Assembly (NCBI RefSeq): GCF_006345805.1
Contig: NC_043008.1
Location: forward strand, 17,856,001 to 17,920,000
Origin: Octopus sinensis
Lineage: Eukaryota
Reading direction: 5' to 3'
DNA length: 64,000 nt
Under the pieces are notes generated by a model that saw only the letters and a list, made by a program, of their open reading frames with translations, was not told the DNA's origin and searched no databases. A program made the translations under genes and the position numbers. This document shows, piece by piece, positions 1-14,298 of the stretch (positions are counted from its first letter, which is position 1; each line of letters begins with the position of its first letter).

Positions 1-1238
1 TAACTATATATATACATATATATATATATGTATGTATGTATACGTGTGTATGCGTTGCTACGTTCACCTTGGTACTCTTCAAATTGCTGAAGTTGTTGCT
101 TGTTGTAGTCTACTTCCCGCCAGCCTTTTAAAAACATAGTATCATAGTATTGCTAATTGGTGAGGATTGGTCATAATTGCAACTCATTAGCTTAGGTGTG
201 GTATTTTACTTTTTGTCGTAGTATGTCAGCATCAGTTCGACCGTGATTAAGCAGTCTTATGATTAAAATATATTCCAACTGAAACGATGACTCGTACCTT
301 TTTCTACGCTTAGTTTACCCGGAATATCCAATCAATGTGGCCTTTCTTTTGAAGATTAAACTCTGTTACTTAAAAGAGAACTGTTGCATATTTGTACCAG
401 CTCTTACAATCACCTAGAGCCTCCGTTGCAGACTTGTAATTAGTCTAAATCTATACCTGCGAAATATATATGACACATTCTTAAACTGTAGCATGGGCTG
501 CGCATGTTTCCTCATAGACGTATTGACATACAAGTAATTGATATATAGTCCCAACCCGTTAACAGTGAGTCATTAATTTGTATTGATATTTGAAATTATA
601 ACCTCACTTCTCAGCCATAAATGTATCAAAGAAACATCGAATATTGACTATAAAATATATGCGCTTCTACCTTGAAAGAAGTGATTGTACTGCTATGAAA
701 ATATGGCAGGAATACTTAGTATAAAGAAATGAAAATTCGTCACAAAGCAATTGTCTTGTTTTTGATGCTGATGTTAAACAGGCTTGAAATCACATTCGTC
801 ATCCTTTTCTCTTTACTTAAATTATTGTATTCTAGACTTCCCTGTTATGTTTCTTTTTCCTATGTTAAGACAGAAGTTTGTGATGCAAAATATATATTTG
901 GCTTCTCTCTGAGTAATATGCGTTGAAATACAAACTCTAAGACAACTGGTTTCCAGAAATGTTTCTGAAATATTCTAAACAATTTTAGTAATAAGGTATG
1001 TCCCTCATTTTTGCATTACTAAGTGCCCTAATTTTATAACATACTATAAAATAAACAAAGTTCAAAGATAAAAAAGCGTATCGGTATCGCAAATTGAGAG
1101 GTTGCTTGATGTATCTGAAGAAATAATAGCAAAAATTTCTTAAATTATATATAGCATGAAGAACTGAAAGAAGCGGTCTGAAGTCGACAATAAATTTGGC
1201 TGAAGGTCATCATCAGGTTACTGTAAATATAAACATAT

Positions 1239-1401
1239 AGGTGCAGGAGTGGCTGTGTGGTAAGTAGTTTGCTTACCAACTACATGGTTCCGGGTTCAAT
1301 CCCACTACGTGGCACCTTAGGCAAGTGTCTTCTACTTTAGCCTCGGGCCTACCAAAGCCTTGTGAGTGGATTTGGTAGACGGAAACTGAAAGAAGCCCGT
1401 C

Positions 1402-1484
<83 letters not shown>

Positions 1485-1680
1485 GTGTATCTGTTTGCCC
1501 TCCAACATCGTTTGACAACCTATGCTGGTGTGTTTAGGTCCCCGTAACTTAGCGGTTCGGCAAAAGAGACCGATAGAATAAATACTAGGCTTACAAAGAA
1601 TAAGTCCTGGGGTCGATTTGATTCGACTAAAGGCGGTGCTCCAGCACGGCCGCAGTCAGATGACTAAAACAAGTAAAAGT
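1239..1680 (+). mobile_element. tRNA-derived SINE, family A, full length with internal (TA)n(TG)n
   Basis: Head ggagtggctgtgtggtaag..ggttcaatccc, body gggcaagtgtcttct..ggaaactgaaagaagcccgtcg, tail gactaaaggcggtgctccagca..aagtaaaag. The same sequence recurs repeatedly in the window. Confidence 0.9.
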
Positions 1681-2349
1681 GTATTTGATTAGATATACAC
1701 ATGATAACCTTTTGTCTATATGTCACCACAACGAAGCAGAAATCACTTGTTGAAGAAGAGAGATATTTCCTCGATTGTGAGTCGATGGCACTCAGAAAAA
1801 TCCGATGATATATAACGTTTCAAATCCTCTCTGTAACAGACATGTATCCATGGTCAAAACTGTTATCTCATATTGTATCTATCGAACACACCGATCTACA
1901 TAGTGCTTTAAAATAATAAATAAACACTAAAACCGTTGTGTTTCCTTTAGGAAATACATTAACGATCCGTCCAAATGCTGTTTAACTTTAAACTATACAT
2001 GTTATGTGTAAACCTCAAAAACGGTAACACCGTATGAACTATTGGCACTTCGAACGGTAGTTCGACATGAGATTCTCGATATAAAAATACAATATATGAA
2101 AGCAGCGATATTTGATAAATAACTTTATGTCATAAACCACCTTCTCAGAAATATCGATGGAAGAAACCAACAATATTTTCCAGATCTATAGGCAAGAAGG
2201 TTGTGAAAAGAACTTCACTTGTATTTCCTATAATATTCATGTCTCTTAGGATAACATGCAAAAAAAGAATAGACTTGTAAATACAAAAACATAAACATGA
2301 GCATACACGTGCACAAGTACATACTCACGTAGGTATTCATTCATACACA

Positions 2350-2556
2350 TATATATATGAGTAAAACTCTCTTTTTCATGGAACACGTGTGTGTGCATGT
2401 GTGTGCGTATATATAGGTATGCATGTATGAAAATATATAAAGATACATTCACATACACAGACAAACACACACACACAAAAACACACATACACACATATAT
2501 ATCAGTAAAACTCTCTTTTGCATGGAACACGTATGTGTGCATGTGTGAGTATATAT

Positions 2557-2640
<84 letters not shown>

Positions 2641-2712
2641 TGTGTATGAAGATATATAAAGATACGTTCACACACATACACACATAAAAAACACATACAC
2701 ACACATATATAT
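2350..2712 (+). repeat. Tandem duplication (two units); the second unit has an expanded (TA)n(TG)n
   Basis: agtaaaactctctttt.catggaacacgt..atatataaagatac.ttcaca repeated at ~2359 and ~2503. Confidence 0.85.
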
Positions 2713-3378
2713 ATGTAGGTGCTCATCTACGGACATTCACACACACATGCATATACACACATATGTATATAAATCTTTTATGTAATGTCATTAAATTTAT
2801 ATTCTCTATGCAAGCGTGCTTGTATATAATATGCTCGTGTGTATACATACATACATACGTAAATACAATATATGTCGAAAATAAGCCGTCAGTCATAATA
2901 TATTACACAAAATAATAAAGGGAAGGAAAATAGCAGCTAAAGCAACAATTGTTAATGTAACTATGTATGTATATATGTGTATATGTGTAGGTCTCTATGT
3001 ATGTATGTATATATGTAGCTATGTATGTATCTATGTATGTATGTATGTATGTAGTATGTATGTAGGTAGGTAGGTAGGTAGGTAGGAATGTAGGTAGGTA
3101 GATAGGTAGGTAGGATGCTCTTAGACATTCGACAAGAAAGGAAATGACTAGCCACGAAAAGAAAAAGTTGTTGAAAATATTTGAAATAAGGAACATTTGC
3201 ATGTTATACATCCTACCTTTTGAATAGATACAGTATGACGTACGTATGCCTAGAGCTCTGCAGATTTAAATAGAAAGGTATTAAAAAAACACTTTTGATT
3301 TCATGTCACCCAAAGCTATGGTAGAAAGACGATATCTTTCTCAAAGAGAAAGTCTCTTTATTGCACTGATATTTGTAG

Positions 3379-3404
3379 AGATTGCTGTTCCGTTTGAAGT
3401 TTAC
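3379..3404 (+). CDS. Weak candidate small exon (26 nt; RLLFRLKF or IAVPFEVY)
   Basis: atttgtag| acceptor and |gtaagt donor. Short enough to arise by chance. Confidence 0.25.
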
Positions 3405-4129
3405 GTAAGTTTTTCCAAAGATTCCTCTCAGAGAACATATTACCAAATGACTTGAAATCTGGTAACAATCAACTCAAACTTTTAACTCTTACAACGTACT
3501 TCAAGTCATGGAATTCTACTATTCGAAATAGTTCAAAAGATGTACGGAGGACGAAAAGTAAGAAAATACTGCAAGTCAAATGGCTGAATTTTAAACTAAA
3601 ACAAGTTAAAGCTCCAATGGTTTGAAACGTTAAAGCTCCGTGGTTTGAAACGTTCGCTGCGAAAAATAACATTTATTAATTTAAACAATGAAAACGGTTA
3701 ATAATAAATATTGTAAATAAATATGCGAACTATATTCTGGGAAACGTATATTCTTCTTGGTCAAAAAATGATAATGTCGTAAATTTTTTTGTTATGAAGT
3801 CTGCAATTGACGATGGCTCGTGTTGTCACTAGAAGAGCAGCAATTATAATTTCGCAAATATTACAAACTGATGCACATATATATAATCATTATAGATATA
3901 AGGTGAAAGATTATTAATTTAATAAAATCAACAAATTTCACCTAGTAGTTTTTCGGTATGAAAAAAGACCATATTCTGTAAAAACTTATATAAAAAAGTT
4001 TTTTTATATATAATTATAACAATAAGTGTTTAGCAACAAGTTGCTTGACCACATACCGAAAATCTTAGAAATAGCAGTCAAAAGACTACTATTTCTTTTT
4101 CTACAAAAATATGTCTACACAGACAACAA

Positions 4130-4196
4130 TATTTGTAACTCACACATATGAGCCTTATGAGTGGATTTGTTAGACAGAAACTGAAAGAAGCCCGTC

Positions 4197-4235
<39 letters not shown>

Positions 4236-4510
4236 TGTTTCTCCGTATGCAATCATTCTTTTGTTCTTTTATTTTTTCAGTCATTTGACTGCGCCCATGC
4301 TAGGGCACTGCTTTTAGTTGGGCAAATCGACCCTAGGACTTATTCTTTGTAAACATATACATACATACATGTATGTATGTATGTATGTATTTATGTATGT
4401 ATATGTTTGTGTGTGTTTGTGTTTGTCCCCCCAACATCGCTTGACAACCGATGCTGGTGTGATTACGTCCCTCACTTAGCGGTTTGGCAAGAGTGACCGA
4501 TAGAATGAAT
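4130..4510. mobile_element. Rearranged family A SINE fragments (plus-strand pieces with an inverted tail piece at ~4270-4350)
   Basis: gaaactgaaagaagcccgtcg (+), cagtcatttgactgcg..gacttattctttgtaa (-), caacatcgcttgacaaccgatgctgg (+). Confidence 0.75.
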
Positions 4511-4628
4511 ACGCGTTTCCCTTGTAGAAGGGGATTTCAACCGAAATATTCAAAGAAAGAATATATTATTAATTCTAACCGTGCATTGCAAGGGCAACTC
4601 ATTATATTTCTTAAAACTAAATTCTGCC

Positions 4629-4850
4629 TGTGGAGGTACATGGCCTAGTGGTTAGAACAGCGGATTTGCAGTCGAGGGATCTCGGGTTCGAATCTCAGAC
4701 GGCGGCTCCGGCAGAAGGTAATGGCGAGCTTCTGCTGGCTCTTTCGCCACAGCTTTGTCTCACTCTTTCTTCCTGCATTTTGCAGCTAACCTGCGAAAGA
4801 CTGGCGTCCCTTCCAGGTGGGAAACCTATACGCTCCACAAGAATTAAAAG
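4629..4850 (+). mobile_element. tRNA-derived SINE, family C (V-domain-like block)
   Basis: A box tggcctagtgg, B box ggttcgaatc, then cctgcgaaagactggcgtcccttccaggtggg. Confidence 0.75.
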
Positions 4851-6813
4851 GAAGAAATTCTGCTTAAATTGCAATTGAAGCCGTTTACAAGGTAGGTGCC
4901 AATTCAGCATACTGCTTAAATATACATTCTTCTGCAACAGGTTAAAGTATGTTGTGAGCGGTGATACAAAGTTCATAGGTTGGCTGTTAATTGTGTATAG
5001 TGTGGCTGCAGTTATTGGACGAATCGACATCAGTGATAATTCTTTAAGCCTGCTACTGCAACTTGTTCTATTGTTATCTTCTACTGAACTGCCAGGTTAC
5101 AGAAACGTATACAAACCAACACTGGATGTCAAACGGTCGTAGGTACAGACCCGCACACACACACATATACATGAGATTACTAATGTTTCCCTAACAGTGT
5201 AGACAATCTGCAATTCTCTGTATTCTTTACTACTGCATCTCTAGTAATGCAATACCTTATTTTCGGCCCCAAAGACAACTCAAACTTGAATATTCAGTTC
5301 AGCAATTAAAATATCGCGATGGCATTTATTGAGGTACAGCTTCTTATACTTAGCTGACCTGTAACATAGCGAATGGTGCATACTTATTGTACTAGACTGC
5401 AAATAAACGTGTGCCTGAAACCTGTGTTGCTCAAATATTCCAGTACATTTATCATAGTTAGTCTGTGAACATCTATATTAGCACTGGTGGCAGCTCAATG
5501 TTGGCGAAACACAAAAAGAAAGCGAGTAGATTCTCTTCAAAACTGCAGATACTTTTCACACATCTTGGCCTAAGACGATATTAACAATATCTAGTAAAAA
5601 CATAGCATGTTATAAAAGAAAGTTATAGCGTGAAACCGTAGGGCTACAATGGTCGTCAGATTTCGGAAGATACTTGGCTATGTGCTATGGAAGACTATAT
5701 TAGTTATTTTAAATGACACAGGCATATAGTCTACATTCTATAATGGAGCTATCCTCCACAGACTGCATTCTCGCTTTGTATACAATTATGTAATAAATTT
5801 AAGATGCCACCGATTTATAGAATCTCATATAATACAACCACAAAAAATGTTTTGAGAAATATATCACAATCATCATCCTCGTTTTTGTTATTTTGGATTG
5901 GTACTCAATACTTCATTTGTATCGAGTTATACGGTACTTAGTAATTTCAGTAACTTTTCAGAATTCTAAATACTTGAAAAGCATTTCCGCTTAAGCATTT
6001 CCATATCTCACATATACATCCAAGCATGTACAGGAAGCATTTATACTAGTAAATATACAGCTTTAACAAATTATAAATTTATATTTGAACAGAACGAATT
6101 TCTTAAGTGGTTTGGAGGAAGTTGAAAACAAATATTTTCTTCACCAGATGCTTCGTACAACATATGCACAATGGAAGTATATCAATACAGACTTAGATAT
6201 ACATATTCACACGCATAAAAATACACAAATACATTCATATATCACCAAACACTATTCAGCTTCCAGGTCAACGTATTTTAGAAAAATAACATTTTTATAG
6301 TCTTCGTTCATTTAGATTTCAGTTCATTTAACTAGGTTATTGATAATGTCCTGGTTCATTTTCACACTTGACCGATTATTGGCGTCCATTCATTTAACTA
6401 TTTTATACGATAAATCATTCGTACTGTATTTCATTTATTTAATTTAAAATGTTTCTCAGATATTTTATTAACTAATTTGAATATATAATACACGTACTTT
6501 TCTTTCTTTTCATCTTGCTGCAATTCTTTCTTCTCCTCCACATCTGGCATCGATGTTTACATTTCTTTTCTTATTTGTACTTATAAGATTTCTCCTATCA
6601 ATTAAAATCAAAATCCCTCGCATTGTAATTTATCAAGAAAGACAGATTACTCCCTATGCCGAGAGATAAAGAACACCCGAATCTCACAGACCATAAGACA
6701 CAACTTGCCTCATAACCACTGAGAAGAGTAGAAACTGATATCTTTAAATATTTAATTCTTAATTTAATATATATACAGACATACATACGTATATATGCAA
6801 AGATACACATGTA

Positions 6814-6879
<66 letters not shown>

Positions 6880-6884
<5 letters not shown>

Positions 6885-7150
6885 TGAGGGAATATTATTC
6901 CCAACTTACAGGGAAAAATTCAATTTAGAAATACTAAATCAAATTTCACAAAATAAAACATATATATATATATAAATTATATATATATATATTAAAGAAT
7001 ATATTTATTTTTAAAATATTTTTAAGTATATTTATTAATTAATTATTTTATTATTCTAGTTTATTTTAACCTGATGAGTGGCTATGTTTATATCAAAGTG
7101 ATTTTATTTATGTAATTTTCTAGATGGTGTAATTTAATTCTTCATTTTGA
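6880..7150 (+). repeat. Repeat remnant: gggaatattattcc..acagggaaaaattcaatttag motif followed by a truncated hammerhead-like CTGATGAGTGGCTATG
   Basis: The motif ttacagggaaaaattcaatttag recurs at ~57486-57508. CTGATGAGTGGCTATGTTT at ~7071 is complementary to the AAATATAGCCAC-GAAAC arm of the 29.6 kb copy. Confidence 0.55.
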
Positions 7151-7184
7151 ATAGATAAAAGGTGGTTATTCTAATTTATATATA

Positions 7185-7250
7185 TATATATACAAATAGA
7201 TAGATAGATAGATAGACAGATAGATAGATAAATATATAGCTGGATGGATG

Positions 7251-7298
<48 letters not shown>

Positions 7299-7832
7299 CA
7301 TACATACATACATACATACATACATACATACATAAATACATACATAGTTGCATATGTGTATTATTTTCTTTACGTGATTTTATTGTGTATTCCCGAGAAA
7401 TTTTGTATTTTTTATCTAAGATGGAGATGCACACCATTCCTCCGAGTGATCGGCTTGAAGAATTGTTAGATAGTAAGATATTTTATTAACATGAAAGCAA
7501 ATGTAGCCTTAATACGTAATGCGTTGTTGAGCACTCATTGTCTCCCTTCGACATTTATATATGTGTATATGTGTGTGTGTATGTATGTATCTGCTTTTTA
7601 CGTTTTTACACTGTTCTGTGATACACGATCCCTTTTGAGGGGATTTTTTTTACATGATCCTTTTTGATTGGAATTTTTTCCTCTTTCTTTTTCTATTTTC
7701 TCTTATTTGTTTCGAAAAGAAAAGCTCTGTATTTCGACCCTTCTATGTTCGGCCCTATGTAGCTAATAAAGAAAGTTATCTATCTATCTATTTATCTATC
7801 TATATATCTTTCTATCTATCTATCTATGTATA

Positions 7833-7867
<35 letters not shown>

Positions 7868-8000
7868 CTTTCTATCTATCTATCTATTTATCTATCTATA
7901 TATCTTTCTATCTGTCTATATATCTGTCTTTCAATCTATCTATTTATCTCTCTTTCTATCTATCTTTCTATTTATCTATCTATTTAACTATCTCTGTCAA

Positions 8001-8031
<31 letters not shown>

Positions 8032-8130
8032 CTATTCTATCTATCAGTCAGTCTGTATGCATATATGTATGCATGTATGCATGTATGTATGTATGTATGT
8101 ATGTATGTATGTATGTATTTATTTATGTAT
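7185..8130. repeat. (ATAG)n/(ATAC)n and (ATCT)n/(ATGT)n tetranucleotide clusters
   Basis: Direct inspection; source of the YLSI and MYVC ORFs. Confidence 0.95.
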
Positions 8131-8804
8131 TTATATACAATTAGAAATTGTAAATCGTTTATTCATTCTAATATTGTATTAAGATATTTAGTGCAATAAA
8201 TAACAAGCAAAGGCAATATATATTGAAGATTTTTAAATTTATATATGATATAAAATTATAATTTAGAAATATGATTATACGTTTCAGTTTGGAGAATATT
8301 ATGTACTTTTAAATGGAAAATAAATTATTAATTTATCAATCATGGAAAGTAATAACCGGAATATAGTGCCATAGTAAATATTCTTGAAATGTAAGATAGA
8401 TATTAAAGAAAAACATTTATAGGTAGATAGTAAAAATTTCAAGGAAACTATATCTGTTAACGGAAGTACTACGTACACCGTATGTCTTAATTATATTCAG
8501 AGATATTTCCGTAATCAAGTCTAGAAATAGAAAACGTGACATCCTCAAACTATTCAGGAGTCAAAAAATGTGATGTTGTTTTGGTTTAGTGATTAACAAG
8601 ATGATACGTTTTTTTGGCAGAAGCGAGGTTGGGAATTACAAGGTTGTTTTCTTCTGTATGATATCCATAAATAAATACTTACGCGCAGGTGAATATACAT
8701 ACACAGACACAGACACACACACACAAACACACACACATACATGTGCACGCAGACGTACATATATACATATACATATATAGATAGATAGATATTGATAGAC
8801 ATAT

Positions 8805-8843
<39 letters not shown>

Positions 8844-9009
8844 CATATACACACTTATATATATACATATATATGCATAAATTCATATGTATATACACAT
8901 ATATGTATATATGCATAATCTAGCAAGTATCTCAGCATGCGTTGAGTTAGCACATAGCTCCCAAGAACTCACCGATCTGTTTTCTCATATATATATATAT
9001 AAACACATA

Positions 9010-10118
9010 TATCAAGAATGTCCTAAAATTAAGGCAACCGACTTTTTTTCAATTTTGCCAAAGCAAGATATTGTTATATTTCTTGTTCGAGCGTTCGAGT
9101 GCAACGGTAAACGATATACAATTGTGACACTACCTCATTCCTTTGATATATCCACCTTAAGTTTAGGTGCGAATGCTTCACACGCACCACGCAGCTGTTC
9201 CTGCGGAATGAAAGACCATTCCTGACGCAGTTTTGCATTCAGAACTTTGCGCGAAGTATATGGAATGCTCGATACTCTCGTCTCAAAAATGCACCAAACA
9301 TAAAAATCCAACGGGTTGAGATCGGGGCTTCTTGATGGCCATACATCATTGCCTATGAACGACGGGATGTTTTCACTGAATCCAGTGTTGTGTTTGTTTA
9401 GAGCTGTGGTCGTGTTGGAGGCTCAAAGGTGGGCCATGAAAGTGCTCATTCACCCATGGAAGCATTTCAGATTTCCAGAATGTCGCTTATGTATCGCTGG
9501 GGTTTAATTTTAACACCCGTGGGCACAAATCCCCAACGATAAATGACTATGGATTTTGACGTCGATTTACGAATCTACACTCGACGGAGGCAGATACACT
9601 CTAAAGCTGGTTATTCCTGTGGTTTAGTGCCTGTTAATCATTGAACACGAGGTTGGGCTGCATGCCTTCACCAATCTGACGCAGAATAAGATTACTTCAC
9701 TCCAGTCTCAGAGCCTTATAAACTTGCGTGAGCTCATGACGACTGATCATCTCGTAGTGGTAGGGAGGGGCCCTTGAGATCCTCCTTCAGCACCAATACA
9801 GATTCTCTTTCAGCCAAGTCCAGGTCGATCGATGGTGGAACCAGTCTTTTGAAATATCTTCACAATTTTCCAAACTGCTCGGTTAAGTTTAAGAATTTTT
9901 GCTATAGTTGTATTATTTTCACCCCCTTTTTGAAGGGTTAAGATTGTATTTCGGTTTATAGCCATTATCTGTTTTATAAATCTGAATTTATTTAGTCTAA
10001 AACGAAAAGAAGACACATTAAGCTTTTACAATGATGTATAATTTTCATATCTTATCGCATTTATTGAAAGATATTATAGCTCGAAACTTCAGTAGCCTTA
10101 ATTTCAGGAAACCTTGTG
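9010..10118 (-). mobile_element. Decayed Tc1/mariner-superfamily DNA transposon (maT/DD37D-like), internally deleted
   Basis: Imperfect TIRs (caagaatgtcctaaaattaaggcaacc at ~9013; inverse gtagccttaatttcaggaaaccttg at ~10091). N-terminal HTH fragment MAINRNTILTLQKGG..IAKILKLNR..WKIVKIF. C-terminal WPSRSPDLNPLDFYVW readable on the minus strand at ~9280-9345. Confidence 0.85.
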
Positions 10119-10191
10119 TGTAGTATACATAAATGCATACATACACACACACACGCACATACACGCACACACACACATACACATATGTATA

Positions 10192-10343
<152 letters not shown>

Positions 10344-10953
10344 TAATATATATATATAGGCACGCATACAAACATCCAAATAAGCATACATATATACATA
10401 ATTATACATCTGGGCATGAATATAGGTGTGTAGATATATATGCGTGTACTTATTTAAATACATACAAACAGATACCGGCAAAATGAAAGATACTTTGTTT
10501 ACATATAGACGACTATATTCAAGACTTATATTTAATATACTTTTTACCGACAATTGACTACATAATGGTACCAACAATCTATGGAAATAAAAGTTATATA
10601 TGTATATATATACACATGTGCTTCTGCGTGTATGTGCGTTTGTGTGTATACGTATAAGTACATGTGTATCAATATACCGATAGATGTAAATTTCTAGCCT
10701 GTACATTATATTCTACCATTAACAAAACACGATGCAAGATAGAAAATTTCCATTCCTGATTTGCCAAAACATTTGATTCTTTCATTGAGGATAAATTTAA
10801 ACAGAGCAGCATTTATTCAAACACAAATAACAGTATTTGTATTATTCCAATTCTTATCTTGTAAATTACAACGTTTTAACAAAGTGAGATTTTCAAGCCG
10901 ACAGGATGTAAACTCTGTTTGACTTACTTCTCCTTTTCCTCTCTTTTTACCTA

Positions 10954-10988
10954 GTGCCTGACGAAGGATTGAATCCGAAACGTTGCAT
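10954..10988 (+). ncRNA. Minimal type I hammerhead ribozyme motif (Penelope-like-element type)
   Basis: GTGC-CTGACGA-A-GGAT(TGA)ATCC-GAAA-C-GTT-GCAT: core CUGANGA and GAAA, 4-bp stem II, stem I GUGC/GCAU, and palindromic AACGUU in place of stem III. Confidence 0.65.
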
Positions 10989-11539
10989 ATTCCACTCCTC
11001 ACAGCAAGTTCACTGCATCCTTTTCACTCTTTTCTATATTTTTTCAAGTCTTGATTATGCAGAGCTACTAAATTCTCACCTATGTATATATGTATATATA
11101 TATATATATTATATATATATATATGAGTATGCATATATGTGTATGTATATATATATGCTCATTTGAAGTGCATATGTAGAAATGATATATTTACAACAAT
11201 GACTGGTTTATGCATAAAAATGATTCCAGTTTAATTTCTTCTGGCTCCGTTTCCTAGATAAATGTCATAAGATGATCTTTCATATGTTTAATACTTTTAT
11301 AATGTTTTGTTTCTGCCGTTGAAAATTTTACAAATAATACACATAGATTTATGGTTAATCTTGATTATAATATTCATAAATTTAAACCCAGCAATCATTA
11401 TCCCTCTCTCTTCTACTTTATAACAAATAATAATCATATGAGTATCTATTCCTGATGTGATCCGTAAATTCGACATTCTTTATTGAACTATTAAGAATCT
11501 TCTCTGATTATAGTTATACTCTTACGCACCACATTTATT

Positions 11540-11612
<73 letters not shown>

Positions 11613-12512
11613 TGTTTGAAGGGCGAGAGAGGCGGATGAAGAGAGACACATATATGCATTTATACATATGTGTGTGTTTGGAGAGAAATGCTACACCCAG
11701 CGTGTTAATGTGTATGTAGAAATGTCTCACGTTCAGTTTCCTCACCTTTCTTTAACAATTTACTCAAAAGAATTTGATGATCACCCCGAAAATATATATC
11801 TCGTTCAGATATGAGTTTTTTGTACACAAATATTTATCTAAATGTAATTCTGATGATACAACAAGAAAGATGGAATCATTTTAATTTGATTTTAATAAAG
11901 GTGACAAACTACTTTTCATCTTTTATTTTAATCAGAGAAGGCTAATGTAGTTCCCTTCTACACAGAATATATTTTATACTCGTAAAACAGTGGTGTGTAT
12001 GCATTAATTTGATGCCTATTAAATGTAGGCAGCAATTCTAAAATATATAACTGTTACATAGTAAACTTAACGACTCAAAACTTCTAAAACACGATCAATA
12101 ATAAAAGAGATGTATGGTGATAAAAAAATTGTCGAAATAAATTTCGAGGAAACCAAGGGGAAATTAAAAAAAAATATATATCCATTGAAAAGAGAGAGAA
12201 AAATGTTATTTTCATATGCAAAGAACACATTACCTTAGCTAATATTTGAAGACGAATATAATGGCAAATGATCGAAGAAGATACAATAGGTATTAATACA
12301 GTGGATGGTAAACATGAAAGTCTATCATATCAAATAATGTAAACATAAAACACAGGTACACATATAGAAATATTTATGTATGTGCACCCCACCATACACA
12401 TATACATACACACTCATATATATATGTACGTATGTATATGTATGTATACACATATAAATATTTTTATATAATAAACACATGTATACCTGCTTATGTATAT
12501 AACTAACTTGCC

Positions 12513-12544
<32 letters not shown>

Positions 12545-12548
<4 letters not shown>

Positions 12549-12776
12549 CTTTACTACCCACAAAGGGCTAAACATAGAGGGGACAAACAAGGACAGACAA
12601 ACGGATTAAGTCGATTACATCGACCCCAGTGCGTAACTGGTACTTAATTTATCGACCCCGAAAGGATGAAAGGTAAAGTCGACCTCGGCGGAATTTGAAC
12701 TCAGAACGTAACGGCAGACGAAATACGGCTACGCATTTCGCCCGGCATGCTAACGGTTCTGCCAGCTCGCCGCCTT
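12545..12776 (-). mobile_element. tRNA-derived SINE, family B (central block resembling the Meta/Sauria-SINE conserved domain)
   Basis: Head aggcggcgagctggcagaa..gagttcaaattcc; core gtcgactttgcctttcatcctttcggggtcgataaattaagtaccag. Confidence 0.88.
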
Positions 12777-12777
12777 T

Positions 12778-13041
<264 letters not shown>

Positions 13042-13045
<4 letters not shown>

Positions 13046-14229
13046 GTTGTTTCACATGAAATGTCGTATTTGAAAGGAAACAATAAAACGTTTCAGAAGT
13101 GTTAGAAAACTGATTTATTTAATCACAGTATGATCCGTGTTGATTTATGACGTTTATCCAACGTTTCTCTATGCCATATAATCCATCTCTAAAGCAGAAA
13201 TTCCTCTTTTGCTGTGATAAACTGTTCGAATGCTTCAGTTACCGCTTCTCTATTTAAGAATGTTTTCTTCCTTATAAAAGCTCAAAATGTTTAAATAAAT
13301 GATGATCAATCGGAGAGATATCAGGCGAATAAGGAGGATGTTTCAAAATCTCATAATTCAGGCTTTGCAAGTTTTGGTCCGTAGCTTGAAGAGTGTAAGG
13401 ACGTGCATTGTCATGGAGCAAAATTAGGCAGTCTCTCTTCTCTAATCTGGGATGCTTCTTTTTCAAATTCTCATGCATGCAATCAATTTCCTGGCAATAC
13501 GATGTTGTTACCGTTTTTCTTTGGTGCAAAAATAAATAATGAATAACCCCCTTCGCAGACAATGATACAGTGGCCACTAGCTTTTTAGGGTGCAATAGTG
13601 GGTTTGGGTGACTCTACTGCACCTAATCACTGCCCTGTTCCCCTGCTGTTGTCAAAGAGTATAAATCACAAGTAATGATTTGATGCAAAAATGTTCTTTT
13701 TCCAGTTGAGAAAGTAATAAAGAGCAGACTTCGAAGCATCTGTTTTTTTTTTTGTTTTGTTTTTTTTTTCGTTCATTTGATGTGAAACAAACCTACCCAT
13801 TTTCTTGACTTTCCCAATTTTAAACAGGTGTCCGAATTCAGTTGTGCGAAATCTTTGGAGATCTGATGAAAGTTTTCGAACATTTGTTTTCGGATTTTGT
13901 TCAACAAAAGCATTTAATCCATCATGCCGAATAACTGATTTTGACCTACCCCTTGGTTTATTTTCAAGGCTATCATCTACACGAGAGCTTTTGAAGCATA
14001 TCTGTACATGCGTGTTTATGCTCATATACTCTTTTACTAGTTTCAGTCATTTGACTGTGGCCATGCTGGAGCACCGCCTTTTAGGCGAGCAAATAGACCC
14101 CAGGACTATTCTTTGTAAGCCTAGTACTTATTCTATCGGTTCCTTTTGCCGAACCACTAAGTTACTGGGACGTAAACACACCAGCATCTTTTGTCAAACG
14201 ATGTTGGGGGACAAACATAGACACACACA

Positions 14230-14298
<69 letters not shown>

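Noticed and set aside
1170-1220. Minus-strand CTGATGATGACCTTCAGCC, hammerhead-like
   Set aside because: No GAAA box and stem II does not close; at best a heavily decayed remnant.
1239-1320. tRNA-like heads of SINEs (A and B boxes) as tRNA genes
   Set aside because: No closed cloverleaf, and each continues into a SINE body.
4941-5142. Hydrophobic ORF after a cag acceptor (LKYVVSGDTKFIGWLLIV..)
   Set aside because: Its 3' third is a SINE fragment (5083-5165), there is no good donor, and no recognisable domain.
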